DNA of 64,000 bases, from positions 117,366,001 to 117,430,000 of the forward strand of contig OZ024742.1 of assembly GCA_964016885.1 (NCBI GenBank), written 5' to 3'. Positions 50,350-61,881 of the stretch are shown here, one piece after another. The notes under the pieces are model-generated. The model was not told where the DNA came from. It worked only from the letters and a program-made list of their open reading frames with translations, and did not search any database. The first letter of the stretch is position 1, and each line of letters starts with the position of its first letter. The stretch comes from Eledone cirrhosa. Its lineage: Eukaryota. The translations under genes and the position numbers were made by a program.

Positions 50350-50742
50350 ACCATCATCATCACCATCATTTTTATGTCTGCTTTTCCCTGCTTGCAAGGG
50401 TGGGATGGGAACTGATTCTGGCTTGATTTCTACAGCTGGATGCCCTTCCTAACACTAACCTCATTTACAGTGAGTGCTGGGTGCTTTTTTTCCATGGCGC
50501 CTTCCAGTCCACTTTACAGTGTGGGCTAGGTGCTTTTATGCTGTGGCACCTCCACAACCACTTTGCAGTGGAATGATAGGGACCCCAGTCCCTATCATCT
50601 CATTTCTACAGCTGAGTAAACTGGAACAATGTGAAATAAAGTGTCTTGCTCAAGGAAACAACACATCACCCGGTCTGAGAATTGAACACACAACCTTTCG
50701 ATTGCAAGGCCAATGCTCTAACCACTAAGCCATGTGCCTCCA
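50350..50742 (-). mobile_element. tRNA-headed SINE with RTE-like tail
   Basis: Minus-strand head GGAGGCACATGGCTTAGTGGTTAGAGC (A box)...GTTCAATTC (B box)...CCTTGAGCAAGACACTT, joined to the GGAAGGGCATCCAGC body and a (GAT)n tail. Confidence 0.75.
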
Positions 50743-50752
50743 TATATATATA

Positions 50753-50887
50753 TAGAAGTGGTTACACAACAGTTAGTTCACCATACCGAGAACAATTGTT
50801 TCACCTTAGCGGATCCTCAGCTTGTAATCCGCTAGGTGAAACAATTGTTCTCGGTATGGTGAACTAACTGTTGTGTAACCACTTCTA
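50753..50887. repeat. Fold-back hairpin (~61-bp arms) containing a minimal type I hammerhead core on the minus strand
   Basis: Arms 50753-50814 and 50827-50887, one bulge. Minus strand reads TACAAG-CTGAGGA-TCCGCTAAGGT-GAAAC-AATT-GTT-CTCGGTA. Confidence 0.85.
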
Positions 50888-51027
50888 CCTAACTCGTCCC
50901 ATGGACTGAGTGCCCTACCACTATGGATATTACCTTCCAGTGTACTTCCTCTATATATCTAACAAAATACACCCCGTCCCACCACCCCCACCCCATCCAC
51001 ACCACCCCATTCTATGTAAAGTTATGT

Positions 51028-51308
51028 TGGTGCCGTGCCATCCAGGCCGAAACAAATGAGATCGTGTAGGTGTCACGACAAAAAAACACACAGTCCACGC
51101 TGTAATGTGGCCGTGTAGGCAACACGGTAAAAACCTCCCAGACCCACACTGTAAATGTGGTTGGTGTTAGGAAGGGCATCCAACTGTAGAAAACCTGCCA
51201 GACAGTCCTATGCGAGCAAGACAATCACTCTTGCCTCAAGTGGGACTACCCCCGTCCAAACCCATGCAAGCGTGGAGCACGGACGTTAAACGTTGATGAT
51301 GATGATGA
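51028..51308 (+). mobile_element. RTE-tailed SINE-like repeat
   Basis: CACTGTAAATGTGGTTGGTGTTAGGAAGGGCATCCA...CCCATGCAAGCGTGGA...GGACGTTAAAC..(GAT)n. Confidence 0.75.
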
Positions 51309-51311
51309 TAC

Positions 51312-51363
<52 letters not shown>

Positions 51364-51479
51364 GTGGGTAACACCCCTTTTTTGAGTTGCTGAAGATACA
51401 ACTACTTTCAAGTTTTATTTTTATTTATTAGAACTTTTTCATATTTTTTAATAATTTTCATATCTTTTAATAATTTTCT

Positions 51480-51920
51480 AGAGCTTCACTGCTTACCATC
51501 AGAGGTGTTGTTGATTTATTTATTTTGCCTCTTTTATTGTAAGCATATGTATTTTATGAAGTTTATGGCAGTTTTTCTTCTTTGCAAGCATTCTTTGGTT
51601 TTCATAATGTAATTTGAATCTAGAAGCATGGCTGTTACACTAACATGTTGCAGGTTGCATGTTCATAACAAGTGTATGATGCTTATAAGGCTGGCACCAT
51701 ACTATGATATTGATCTTGGCATCACATTGGGATACCAGTATTATTTCAATATTCTGTTTGGAATTCTGTATAATATTGACATATTGTCTGTTAATGTTTG
51801 AAGACCTTACGCTATTGTTTTAGAGTAGTGACAGTCTCACTTACTTTAATTTTCAGCTGTTTGCTGAAAATTAAAGTAAGTGAGACTGTCACTACTCTAA
51901 AACAATAGCGTAAGGTCTTC
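51480..51920 (-). mobile_element. Degenerate Penelope-like GIY-YIG C-terminal relic ending in a perfect hairpin
   Basis: Weak similarity to the 56409-56684 region. Perfect 58-bp inverted repeat 51800-51857 / 51863-51920. Confidence 0.45.
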
Positions 51921-52049
51921 GAAATGCTTTTAATTAAGCATACAGTGTATTGCAAAATACACTATATATACATTCATAAATATATCGCTATTTCAGAGCA
52001 CCAATTCTAATATATTTATATATCTAGTCCTATATGATGTTAGTCCTAT

Positions 52050-52163
52050 AAGAACGAGACACGGTCACCCGACCAGCCTTGCCTCAAGTGGGACAACTCC
52101 TGTCTAACCCATGCTAGCGTGTAAAATGGACGTTAAACGAAGATGATGATGATGAGATGATGA
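52050..52163 (+). mobile_element. 3' fragment of the RTE-tailed repeat
   Basis: CTTGCCTCAAGTGGGAC...CTAACCCATGCTAGCGTG...GGACGTTAAACGAAGATGATG. Confidence 0.7.
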
Positions 52164-52497
52164 TATATATATATTTAGTGTATCGTAAATTGGTAATAAA
52201 TACCCAAATCTGGTTGAGTTTTCAATCCAAGTGGCAATTAGTGATATAATCTCAATAAATAACATCCAGAAAGCCAGCTAAGGTACCCCCACTTCCTTGC
52301 CTCCACTCCCACTCCCACTCCCACTCCCCATACAGCTCTCCCTCTAGTAGTTCTAAATTACATAGATTTCTAAATAATTTCAAAATAACTTTTGTTCCAA
52401 ATAATCTCACATTATCTGTTATTTTACACAAAACAACTCAAACACTCTTCACTCTCTGTACATTTTTGGTCATTGCCTTTATCATTACTAACACATG

Positions 52498-52549
<52 letters not shown>

Positions 52550-53897
52550 TTCACTTAAAAATATTTTTTTAAATCATGTTCACTTAAAAATAATTTTTAC
52601 AGCTCTCTTTCTTCCATTTTCCTTCTCTGTTTCCTCTGTCTATGTTTCTCATTCAATCTACACTCTCACAACCACTATCTCTTTCTCTCTATCTTTCTCT
52701 CTCTTTATTTATGAAGGTACCTGGAAAAACCTGTATCTCCAGAATCCGTGTTCTGGTTTACGTGATACTTGTTTTATTCCTTTTGTATTCCCATTTGAGG
52801 GGCAACTTCCTTTCAAAGTATTTTCCCATTATGTGCCGTTTTGGCTGTATTAAATTATAGACAAGACACAATCACAGAGTTTTAGTAGTGAGATGTTAAA
52901 AAAAAGCTGTATAGAAAAGGCAAGGCAACTAAAGGTGTTTCATATATACCCATGTTAAATTTAATTATGCATCTGGTATGTAAATGCATATATTTGTCCA
53001 CAAGAAAATATGAAGAAGAGTACTAGATATAGGGAGTCTATTGGGCTGAATGGATCTTTGTAGGATAGTTTTTAATTCAATCAATGGTTTATATAGATAA
53101 AATAGGCATTAAATATTGTATTGCTAAGAGGGCCTTGGAGAGCTGAGAGGCAAGAGTTTCTAGTATGGGTAAATGTCAAATAAAGAAGTTAGATAGGGTA
53201 GATGGTGAGACATCTATACTTAATAAATCTGAGGTACATTATGCACTTTATATAATATGGCATATATATATATATGTAGTAGTTAGAGATTAAATATTAA
53301 GTGTACATTATTATGCTGGCAGATAAGATGGCAATTAATTTAATGGTGGTTTTGGCTAGGGAGTTAGGAGATGATAGTTATAGCTTTAGTGGTAATGAAC
53401 TTACAAGTTGGTCAGAGGACATTGTTTCACTGGTCAAGATACTTATTCTTGAAGTGGAGTGTTAATGAGGCTTTTTCTGTAGTTAAGGATGCTTTTGTAA
53501 AGTATTGTGATGCAATTTATAACAATACAAGTAAGAATATAAGGTGGACTATAGTCAAATCCTGTATGTTTATTTAGATTGTATAGAATAGAAGTGGTTA
53601 AAACTATGAATATGTATTTGAAGTAAACATTTTAGCACAGAATTTCCTGATACAATTTCTTTATACTCTTAGGCAAAAGAGAATTTAATTAGGATAAAGG
53701 AAAACATGATAAAGTGTAAATTAACAAAAGAAATAATGTATGGTTCATGGAAGACAGTTGTTAAAAGACAACAGTTTTTTTTTCTTTCATATTGATTTTA
53801 TTTCTAATTCACATTATCTTCTCGAAATTTTCATTTAATTAGATGTGATGTAAAGATTTTGAAATGTTTTCTTATATTCTTACAATGGTCATTTATG

Positions 53898-54020
53898 AAA
53901 GCACATAGCCTACTGGTTAGTGCATTGGACTCATGACTATAAGAATGCGAGTTTGATTCATTAATAGGGCGGTACATTGTGTTCTTGAGCAAAATATTTT
54001 AATTCACACTGCTAATCCTG
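53898..54020 (+). mobile_element. tRNA-derived SINE head
   Basis: GCACATAGCCTACTGGTTAGTGC...GAGTTTGATTC...TTCTTGAGCAAAA; same family as the 50600-50742 head. Confidence 0.65.
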
Positions 54021-54249
54021 CCAGAAATCTCAGATAGTGTCAGCAATATAAAGACCAATTAAAACATTATTTCCTTGGTCTGGCCTGACAATCAGCTTCT
54101 TTCCTTCCATTCTAAAGCTTACATTACACAATCAGAAGCACACACAGTTCCCTCCTTCCTTCTTACTCCTCTCCTGGATCTCTTTCCTGCTATCAACCCT
54201 ACTGCCACACATGTAGCTGCATTGCCCACACCACCATCCTCATCGGATC

Positions 54250-54718
54250 TAACAGGCATCTTTTTCATTTAAGGACTCTTTTTTCTGCACTTCCACTAGC
54301 CTCGTCTGTGGGCTCTGGTGCATGCTATGTACTGCCATTTACATTGGTCAGACTGGTCATCAACTGATCAACAGATTCACTGAACATCTGCAGGACATCC
54401 GGGTCAGCTACTTGTTTTTGGTGGCCCAACATTCCCACTCTGCCGGTCATTCCATACATCAGCTCCGTGTGTTCAGACTTGCTTTCCTGCACAGGACCCC
54501 AGACACACACTGCCAGTATAGAACAGAGGCTTATTGTTTTCTTAATATCTCTACTCCGCCATGGCCTTACTGCACCTCCTCTCTTCCTCTGATCTGCCCT
54601 TCACACCCCATCCAGTACCCACCCTCATCCATGTGCCTACACTGAAATAATCACACACAGTTAAATATTTTGAGAAATAGCTGTCGAAACGGCTTGGGCT
54701 CTCCCCTCAGGGTCCTGA
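54250..54718 (+). mobile_element. Penelope-like element 3' relic (GIY-YIG endonuclease plus pLTR end)
   Basis: FFCTSTSLVCGLWCMLCTAIYIGQTGHQLINRFTEHLQDIR...VAQHSHSAGHS fits the PLE GIY-YIG pattern C..C...YIGQT...L..RF.EH. Downstream TAGCTGTCGAAAC...CAGGGTCCTGA matches the 25011/26128 arms. Confidence 0.8.
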
Positions 54719-54725
54719 CTCTTTT

Positions 54726-54761
<36 letters not shown>

Positions 54762-54852
54762 GAGAGAGAGAGACATACATAATGGCGACATCTCAGTTTC
54801 AAGAATTGACCTTTTTCTCATACATGGCTGGCACGAACATGACTTTTTAGCC

Positions 54853-54923
54853 CTACCAAAGATTTAGATTCCTTTCTAAAAAGAAAGGAATCTAAATCTT
54901 AGGTAGATTTAGATTCCTTTCTA
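54853..54923. repeat. Short hairpin plus a third direct copy of the arm
   Basis: AAGATTTAGATTCCTTTCT / AGAAAGGAATCTAAATCTT, followed by another ATTTAGATTCCTTTCTA. Confidence 0.8.
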
Positions 54924-55518
54924 TGGAAAGAAAAAAGAAAATGCCATGCTCACATAACATATATTGATGAGTTGTTAGAAGGGTATAATGTGTGCTATTT
55001 CTAGCATCACTACGATCCCGTCTTATTGTCCTGATATTAAAACATTCATTTGATAGTAAAATTACACTTTATTCAATGCACCATGTTGTTTGATAACATC
55101 GAGTTTCAAATACTATCTATTGAATCATCATCATCGTTTAATGTCCATCTTCTACACTAGCATGGGTTAGATAATTTTCTATATCCAAAGAATCCCTCCG
55201 ATGAAGGAATTTCTTCCAATATTGGTTGTCTTAATTATTTGAGATAATTAATATTGTTCCTTAATTCCAGAAACTGCAATCAGGGAGAAGATATTAGCGA
55301 AACTTTCTATCATTAGTTTATCTAGATTGTATTCCCCCAATAGATGTTTTGGCAGCAGATAAGATATGTTTTAAATGCTTGTATGATTCTTTTCATTGAG
55401 ATGTCCAAATATATTAGAGACAAATAATTTTCTGTATTGATTGTATCTTGTATTGATTGAAAAGTTCATAACTCAATTAAATAATTTAGTGTAATTTAAT
55501 CCTGGTTATTTTATTCAT

Positions 55519-55555
<37 letters not shown>

Positions 55556-55571
55556 ATTTACATTTATTGTT

Positions 55572-55604
<33 letters not shown>

Positions 55605-55699
55605 TGATTTACATTTCTTGTTTATATATTTATATATATATATATATATATAAAATTTCAAGTTATCAATAATGTAGTGATAATATATCGTCACGTTAG

Positions 55700-56684
55700 A
55701 GATGAACAGCGTACGTGTAGGTTTGCTCAACGAGTATAAATTATATTCCGGAGAAAATGTAGAAAAGATGAATATAAAATGAAAGTGCTTTCATAAAGGA
55801 ATTTATTAGGTATTGACATGTGTTTCTGTAACAGACGGAATACCTATGTATCGCTGCTTGCGTAATCATATAATGTTAGCAAGTATTCGATAGCAAATGT
55901 ATAATCAGTTGTCACTTCTTCAGAGATATTGGATAAATTGGAAAAAATCAGAAAAATTGAAGTATTTATATTAGTTGTAAGAAAGGAAGAAGAGAGGAGA
56001 TAGTATACGACAGATGGCAATTCAATTTACTGGTAAACAAGTATATAAAAGGTTTTAATGAGAATACAATGAGTATATGGCTTATTTTATCTAAATAAGA
56101 ATTTTTGGGAGTGCCTATTTTAATCTATATTTGACCAATTGAACAATGGACAGGGCTGGTCGTTTGGTGTAGTAGTATTAATACAGATATAAAGTGTCAA
56201 GTAAGGAAGAGGGATATTTTCACTGCTACTGTATAACAACAATGCTGGTAGCCTGCTGGTATATGCATTAGGGAATTGAATTAAGAAATCTCATTTTATC
56301 TATAGCAGTTTATATTAAATGGTAAAGAATAGAAGAGTTGATAGAATTAAGACTAATAGAGAATGTTAATATGTATTTTGACAATCAAACGGAGATGGAG
56401 ACAGGCGTTCAATCCTGGTAGCGTTTGTAATATGAAAATGTAGATTTCAAGCGATGGTTACAGTATAACGATCGCTCTATTCTGTTATTTAATAAAATAT
56501 TTTTGGATTTCATAATACAAAATAATTCCATATTACACAATTTACAAAATTCCTGTCCTTGGAAATATGCAAGAGCAGACACTATTATATCCCATTTTAC
56601 GTTAAATTGTTGGTTATTTTCGCGTAGCTGCCAAGCCTTGTCTGCGAGTGTTGTTACATAACGCTGGTTTTCATGTTTTATCAT
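55700..56684 (-). mobile_element. Penelope-like element 3' end (GIY-YIG C-terminus plus 3' UTR/pLTR)
   Basis: TTLADKAWQLRENNQQFNVKWDII...YFQGQEFCKLCNMELFCI...LLNNRIE..LYCNHR fits the PLE C-terminal T.LS..IW.LK...W.I...C.LC..E...LN.R.E...C.H pattern. Confidence 0.8.
55811..55929 (-). ncRNA. Type I hammerhead ribozyme candidate with intact core and extended stem II
   Basis: Minus strand ...ATATCT-CTGAAGA-AGTGACA...TGTTACA-GAAAC-ACAT-GTC-AATA, with AATAAA just downstream. It lies 3' of the GIY-YIG ORF on the same strand. Confidence 0.6.
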
Positions 56685-56925
56685 GTTTTACGGATGATGA
56701 AATTAGTATTATTATGGAAGCGAGGAAAACTATTGTTAAATTTGATGATAGCTACTGGGTTCGCAAAGATAGACCTTCTAATTTTGATATAACTATGGGT
56801 TCCAATGATTCGGCGGAAGTAACTGATCTTGTTGGGAATTTATATCACCCACAGACTACAAGGAAAATTCAAGGATCTCCACGGTGGACTCTACCGTGAC
56901 GATGCGTTCCTATTAGTTAACTCAT
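56680..56925 (+). mobile_element. Penelope-like RT fragment, inverted relative to the adjacent GIY-YIG piece
   Basis: IIMEARKTIV..DSYWVRK...FDITMGSNDSAEVTDLVG, frameshifted to IYI...GGLYRDDAF (PLE RT MGS.D.AE..LVG...GLYRDD). Confidence 0.8.
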
Positions 56926-57149
56926 CGTTTTCCTTCCTCATCCAATTTTGTTACGTCAATATTTACAATCCAATCTGCATTGTAGCAATTCCCAAAACAT
57001 ACCCACTCGTCATATCTCACAATGCTGCAATCAAAGTACAATAGTCTCTCATAAATATATATATATATATATACATGGAAGATAGACGTTAAACGATGAT
57101 GATGATATATATATATATATACACGCACGCACGCACACACACACACACA

Positions 57150-57528
57150 CATGAAGGCCATCCAGCTGTAGAAAGCTTCCCAGAAAAAAGTTCTGGAGGA
57201 CCCTTCAGTCGTATCAGGGACATGACACCCACCCTAACATTGATGATTTACATGATAAATGCACCCAGTACATGTTGCAAAGTGATTGGTGATAGGAAGA
57301 ACATCTAGCCATAGAAATCCTGCCAAATACAGGGTTGAGAGAACTCTCAGTTGTGTCAAAGACATGGCTACCTCTCCTGAGTATTTGGTGGAATGTAAGA
57401 TTGTACATAAGTAATACACAAATGCCTGGCCTACCTGGGAGATCAGTGGCTCTGCTTCAATACTGACTTGGTCTGTATGGACATATCCAACACTTGCTAG
57501 CATTCAAACGATGATAATGATGATGATG
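57150..57528 (+). mobile_element. RTE-tailed SINE-like repeat
   Basis: GGCCATCCAGCTGTAGAAA...TGATTGGTGATAGGAAG...CTTGCTAGCATTCAAACGATGAT; reverse complement of 45380-45730. Confidence 0.65.
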
Positions 57529-58879
57529 CTATGAGAGAGAGATAAATGTAAAAGTGGAAATGCACAGAAGTGTAAAGAACCTCTTTATCTTTAATCCAAC
57601 AAAACAAATATTTCTATATTAAGTACCTCAAGTAAATTTAAGCTTTATCAAATATTTTTTTACAGGTTTTGATTGATTACAGCAATCTTATCAAATAATA
57701 ATTAATTGATGTTAATAAAATGAGTTCTAATGTTTTGCAAGCTATTAAGCAAATGGCTATTTTCTATCAAAATACCTCCTTATATGATTTTTTTTTTATG
57801 TAGTTGGCATGATGGGAGGTGAAAGTAGATTTCAAATGTATGTATATATGTATGCATATATTCTGTAATATAATATAATGCAATTATCTAAATTCACATC
57901 AAATTATATTCTTAGAATGTGTATAAACAAAATAACAAACCAACATTAATAGAATCATGAAACCACTCACACCTAATATGTCTTAAAACCAGGAGACAGC
58001 TAAATATTGTTTATGATAATTAGGTATTTTTAACAAGGTATTTAAACTTTCATGGTAAAATTATACAAACAAATTTCCCATCAGCCACTACATTGTAATT
58101 CATAATCATATGTACGATGATGTCAGCATGGTTGAGAGGATTATACATTCATTGATAGCTGTACTTGCATTCTTTTATTATTTTACTGGTTTTAATTTTT
58201 GGATTGCAGCCATACTGGGGCTCCATTTTCAAAACCTTTAGCCAATTATATCTATAATAGCCACTTGATAAATAATACACAAATAAGTTCTCTCTGAAAC
58301 AACGGAGTATCTCAAAACTTAAATACCACAAAGTATTTCTCACACACAAATTTATGTCAAGATATACAGATACACACAATTAACACCATCATTTTTACAT
58401 TTGATTTTTTCCTTACTGGCACAGCTTATATGGAAGTTATTTAATCATCCAGCTTTAATACTGCGTTTTAAAGCTAGATGCTTTTTCTCATCACCAACCC
58501 TTTGACAACATGCAGTGACACAGAGTGGTTGATATAAAAACAAGGATCACACAGTGTTTTATATATATATGACCTATATGCAAATGACCTAATTATCATA
58601 ACTGAATCCACAGAGGGAGTAGATAAAATTCAAGACTTGAAAGCAAAATTTGGAATTGGAAGGCCTCAAAGTCAATATAACAAAGACTAAAGCCCAAGTA
58701 AGATGACAGGGCTCTGATTCTATCAGGGATATGTCCATTCTTAATATGTAAAAAAGGATATGGTAGAAATTCCTTACATTGTACAAAGTAGAAACTATAG
58801 ACACACAAGAGATGTAGCATGATCTTGTGAAGGCTAACAAAAAATATCAGCTATATACCTCATATACACATGAGTATTA

Positions 58880-59395
58880 AGCAGAAAGTGCTCACATGAA
58901 ACAAACACTATCAGATGGCTACAAAAGCTTTCTCTATCAGGATGAATAGCAGATTGTATGATGCCTGTGTGAAAACTGCAATGCCACATAGAAGTAAGAC
59001 TTGGGCCTTGAACACAAAGGACATGTGAAGATTGGTAAGAAATGAGGCAACCATGATCCAATGAATGTGTAATAACAGTGTGCATGAATGATAAAGTATT
59101 AGTGAACTGGGATAAAAGCTGAGCATAACAGGGATTATATGCAATGTAAAAAAAAAGGGACTGTGCTAGTATGGACATGTGACATGCATGGAGGATGAGA
59201 GCTGCATAAAGAAGTGCATAGCACTCAAAGTTGATGGAATCTGTGGTAGAGGTAAACCTAGGAAAACTTGAGATAGCTGAACTCATGAAGCTGAACCTTA
59301 CAAAGCTAAACCTCAAGAAGGAGATGACACAGAATATTACTATGGAAAACTCACCATCCCATATGAGTGGGATGAAATGAGCATGAGGAAAATGG
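58880..59395 (+). mobile_element. RTE LINE 3' fragment
   Basis: SRLYDACVKTAMPHRSKTWA..RNEATMI..MCN..YGHVTCMEDESCIKKC..GICGRGKPRKT. Confidence 0.8.
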
Positions 59396-59554
59396 TAGTA
59401 AAATAGCTAATAAGCACCCTCTCAAACCCCCTTCCTTCACTAACTCCCCAACTTGTCCTACACTTTCCCCAACTTAATCTTCATCTCAGCTCACATCCCT
59501 GATTCCTTCCTTCCCTGTCCAACTCATAACTACCTGAAAAGACAAATGCACTCC

Positions 59555-60403
59555 CCAATATCTTGCACATGAGGGCAAGACACTACATGGACAGTTCAGA
59601 AAAGCAACAGATTATGTGAGATGAATGAAATCGTGGGATTGGCTAAAGAAAAAGTATTTGACAAAGGTAACAGAAAGCATAATTGTAGCACAAGATTCGG
59701 CAATTTGCACAAATAACATCAGAAAAGCAGTGTATGGAGAATACGTATCTCCTCTGTGTTGATTGTGTAGCGGTGCAGTTGAAACAGTGGCACACATTGT
59801 TTCAGAGTGTCTGAAACGTGTTCAAAATAAGTATAAGAAGGTAAGACATGAGAGTGTGGCCAAAGTAATCCACTGGAAACTGCCCAAGAAGTGAGAATTT
59901 GATAAGGCAGACAAATGCTACATACATCAATTGGAAAAAAACATTGGATTTAGAAGATTGCAAAATTTCATTTGATTTGCCCATACAAACTTATAAACTG
60001 TGAGATAATGATAAACCAGGCACCACTAATCGAAAAAAGAAAAACAAAATGTGTCAGTTGATGGACATATCTTGTTCATTTGCTGCGCACATAGAAGAAA
60101 ATGAATTACAGGCCCCTAAAGTATGAAATTTCAAGGGTGGGGTATCAGTAGTCATTGGTGCCCTAGGGACGATCACAAAGAATTTTGATAAATTTATAGA
60201 AAGACTAGAATTGAATCTTACAGTGGAAATCTTATAGAAACCTTGTTTTCTTGGAATGGCTAGGATAACATGAAAGGTATTGGATACAAACTGAAAAGAA
60301 GGAAACAATGCCATGATACCCAAGACCACTTGATGTGGTTTGCTATCTTAACTAAACCAAGAATTAAAATCAATCCTAAGGGAGGACATAATAATAATAA
60401 TGA
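59555..60403 (+). mobile_element. R4/Dong-like non-LTR retrotransposon 3' fragment (restriction-like endonuclease type) ending in (TAA)n
   Basis: TLHGQF..SWDWLKK..TESII.AQD..TNNI..CxLC...ETVAHIVSEC...YKKVRHESVAKVIHW zinc knuckle; VVIGALGTI; tail ATAATAATAATAATG. Confidence 0.8.
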
Positions 60404-61069
60404 TAGAGCCCTCCCCCATTTCTTTCCTCCTATATTAGAAAAGCAGTCAGAATAATCCCATTCAGCCTTATCAATCTTACCATTCTCATCTGTCTTTCAT
60501 AAAATATATAGAAGGCAACACCTCTTTCTGCTTTTTACCTTTCTCCTCAAATGGTACTTGAAGAGGTTGATGAGGGTTTGACCAGAAAATAAGTTCTCTG
60601 TCCTCAAACCATTTAGACTAGTCCACCATACAGCTTTCTTTACCATAGTTACTAGGCAGAGGAAGATTTGTCACACCTCCCTTTTAAAGAAAGGTGGCAG
60701 TTCAATTTTTACTAAAGACCCTGCCAGATCTGTTCTACACATGATTGCATTATTTAACACAATTCTGCAAATGTGCATCTCAGACAGGTTTGGCTGTTGG
60801 CACTTCTGTACTTGCAAAGCTTGTCTCAAACAAGTAGTGTCCCTCTGTAACACTGCCAAGGATTTTTGGAGATTGTCCCTAACCCCCCACCTGAAAGAAT
60901 TCCATAAGAGACTGTTCAGGTTGCCTTCATGCCCAGAGCCACTCCCAGGCCATTGCCACTCATAACTTTCATTAAACCTCAATAGAAAGCAAGAATTGTT
61001 TTTTTGAGAAGTTATCGCATTGTCCAGCTAGTAAAATTCCATGTGCACCTTGCAGCACACTAATAATAA

Positions 61070-61290
61070 TAATATTAATGGTTTCTTATATAGGCACAAG
61101 GAGAGCAATTTTGTGGGAGGGAAAAGTCGATCAAATCAACCTCAGCGCGAGACTGGTACTTTTTTTTATCAAACCTGTAAGGATGCAAAGGAAATTTGAC
61201 CTCAGCAGGATTTAAACTCAGAATGTAAAGAGCTAAAATAAATGCTGCAAAGCATTTTTCCTGACATTCTAATGATACTGCCAATCCATC
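61070..61290 (-). mobile_element. SINE copy
   Basis: GGTTTCTTATATAGGCACAAGG...CTGGTACT...AGGATGCAAAGGAAA...GGATTTAAACTCAGAATGTAAAG. Confidence 0.7.
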
Positions 61291-61734
61291 ACTCTACTTA
61301 ACCATAATATTATATTTGTATATTTATATGTATCTCCACCTGTAACTCAATAAAATTCACATTCAGAAAGCTAAACACAATGCATTTCCTATATCAATCT
61401 TGATACTACAATAAGATTGCTTTTAAATCACAAGTTTGTGCATACACACTGAACATTTATGTAACTATGTCCTAGATATATATTATCAAAATATCATTTT
61501 TATCTTTTATCACTTCCAGGTATCAGTTATCAACATAAACTGTAGAGTTTTTTTTATGCTAACTATAAACTTATCAAAATGCATATTTCTCAGCTTGTAT
61601 GGTCGCTCATATATTCAGGATATATCAGTAATTCTAGTATATATGACATAACAATCTCAAAATGAAATACATTCAAATCTTTTGCCATCATTATTGATGG
61701 TACTAGTCTACTACTACTACTACTAATAATAATA

Positions 61735-61880
61735 ATAATTGTTTCTACTTTTGGCACAAGGCCAGCAATTACCCAGGTTAGCTTAGCCTTTCATCTTTAC
61801 GGGCTCGATGAAATAGAGCACCAGTAATGCACTGGGGTAATTACTATTGCTAGCCTTATGCCAAAAGTAGAAACAATTAT
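61735..61880. mobile_element. Head-to-head SINE tail fragments forming an inverted repeat
   Basis: TGTTTCTACTTTTGGCACAAGGCCAGCAAT ... ATTGCTAGCCTTATGCCAAAAGTAGAAACA. Confidence 0.6.
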
Positions 61881-61881
61881 C

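Noticed and set aside
50640-50742. tRNA-like A/B boxes (also at 21815 and 53900)
   Set aside because: No complete cloverleaf; they continue into SINE bodies, so they are SINE heads rather than tRNA genes.
52190-53600. Possible further Penelope-related relic resembling the interior of 25011-26128
   Set aside because: Similarity seen by eye is too weak to support a call without alignment.
60671-60982. 103-aa minus and 74-aa plus ORFs between the Dong-like copies
   Set aside because: No motif I can recognise; probably a decayed TE fragment, left unassigned.
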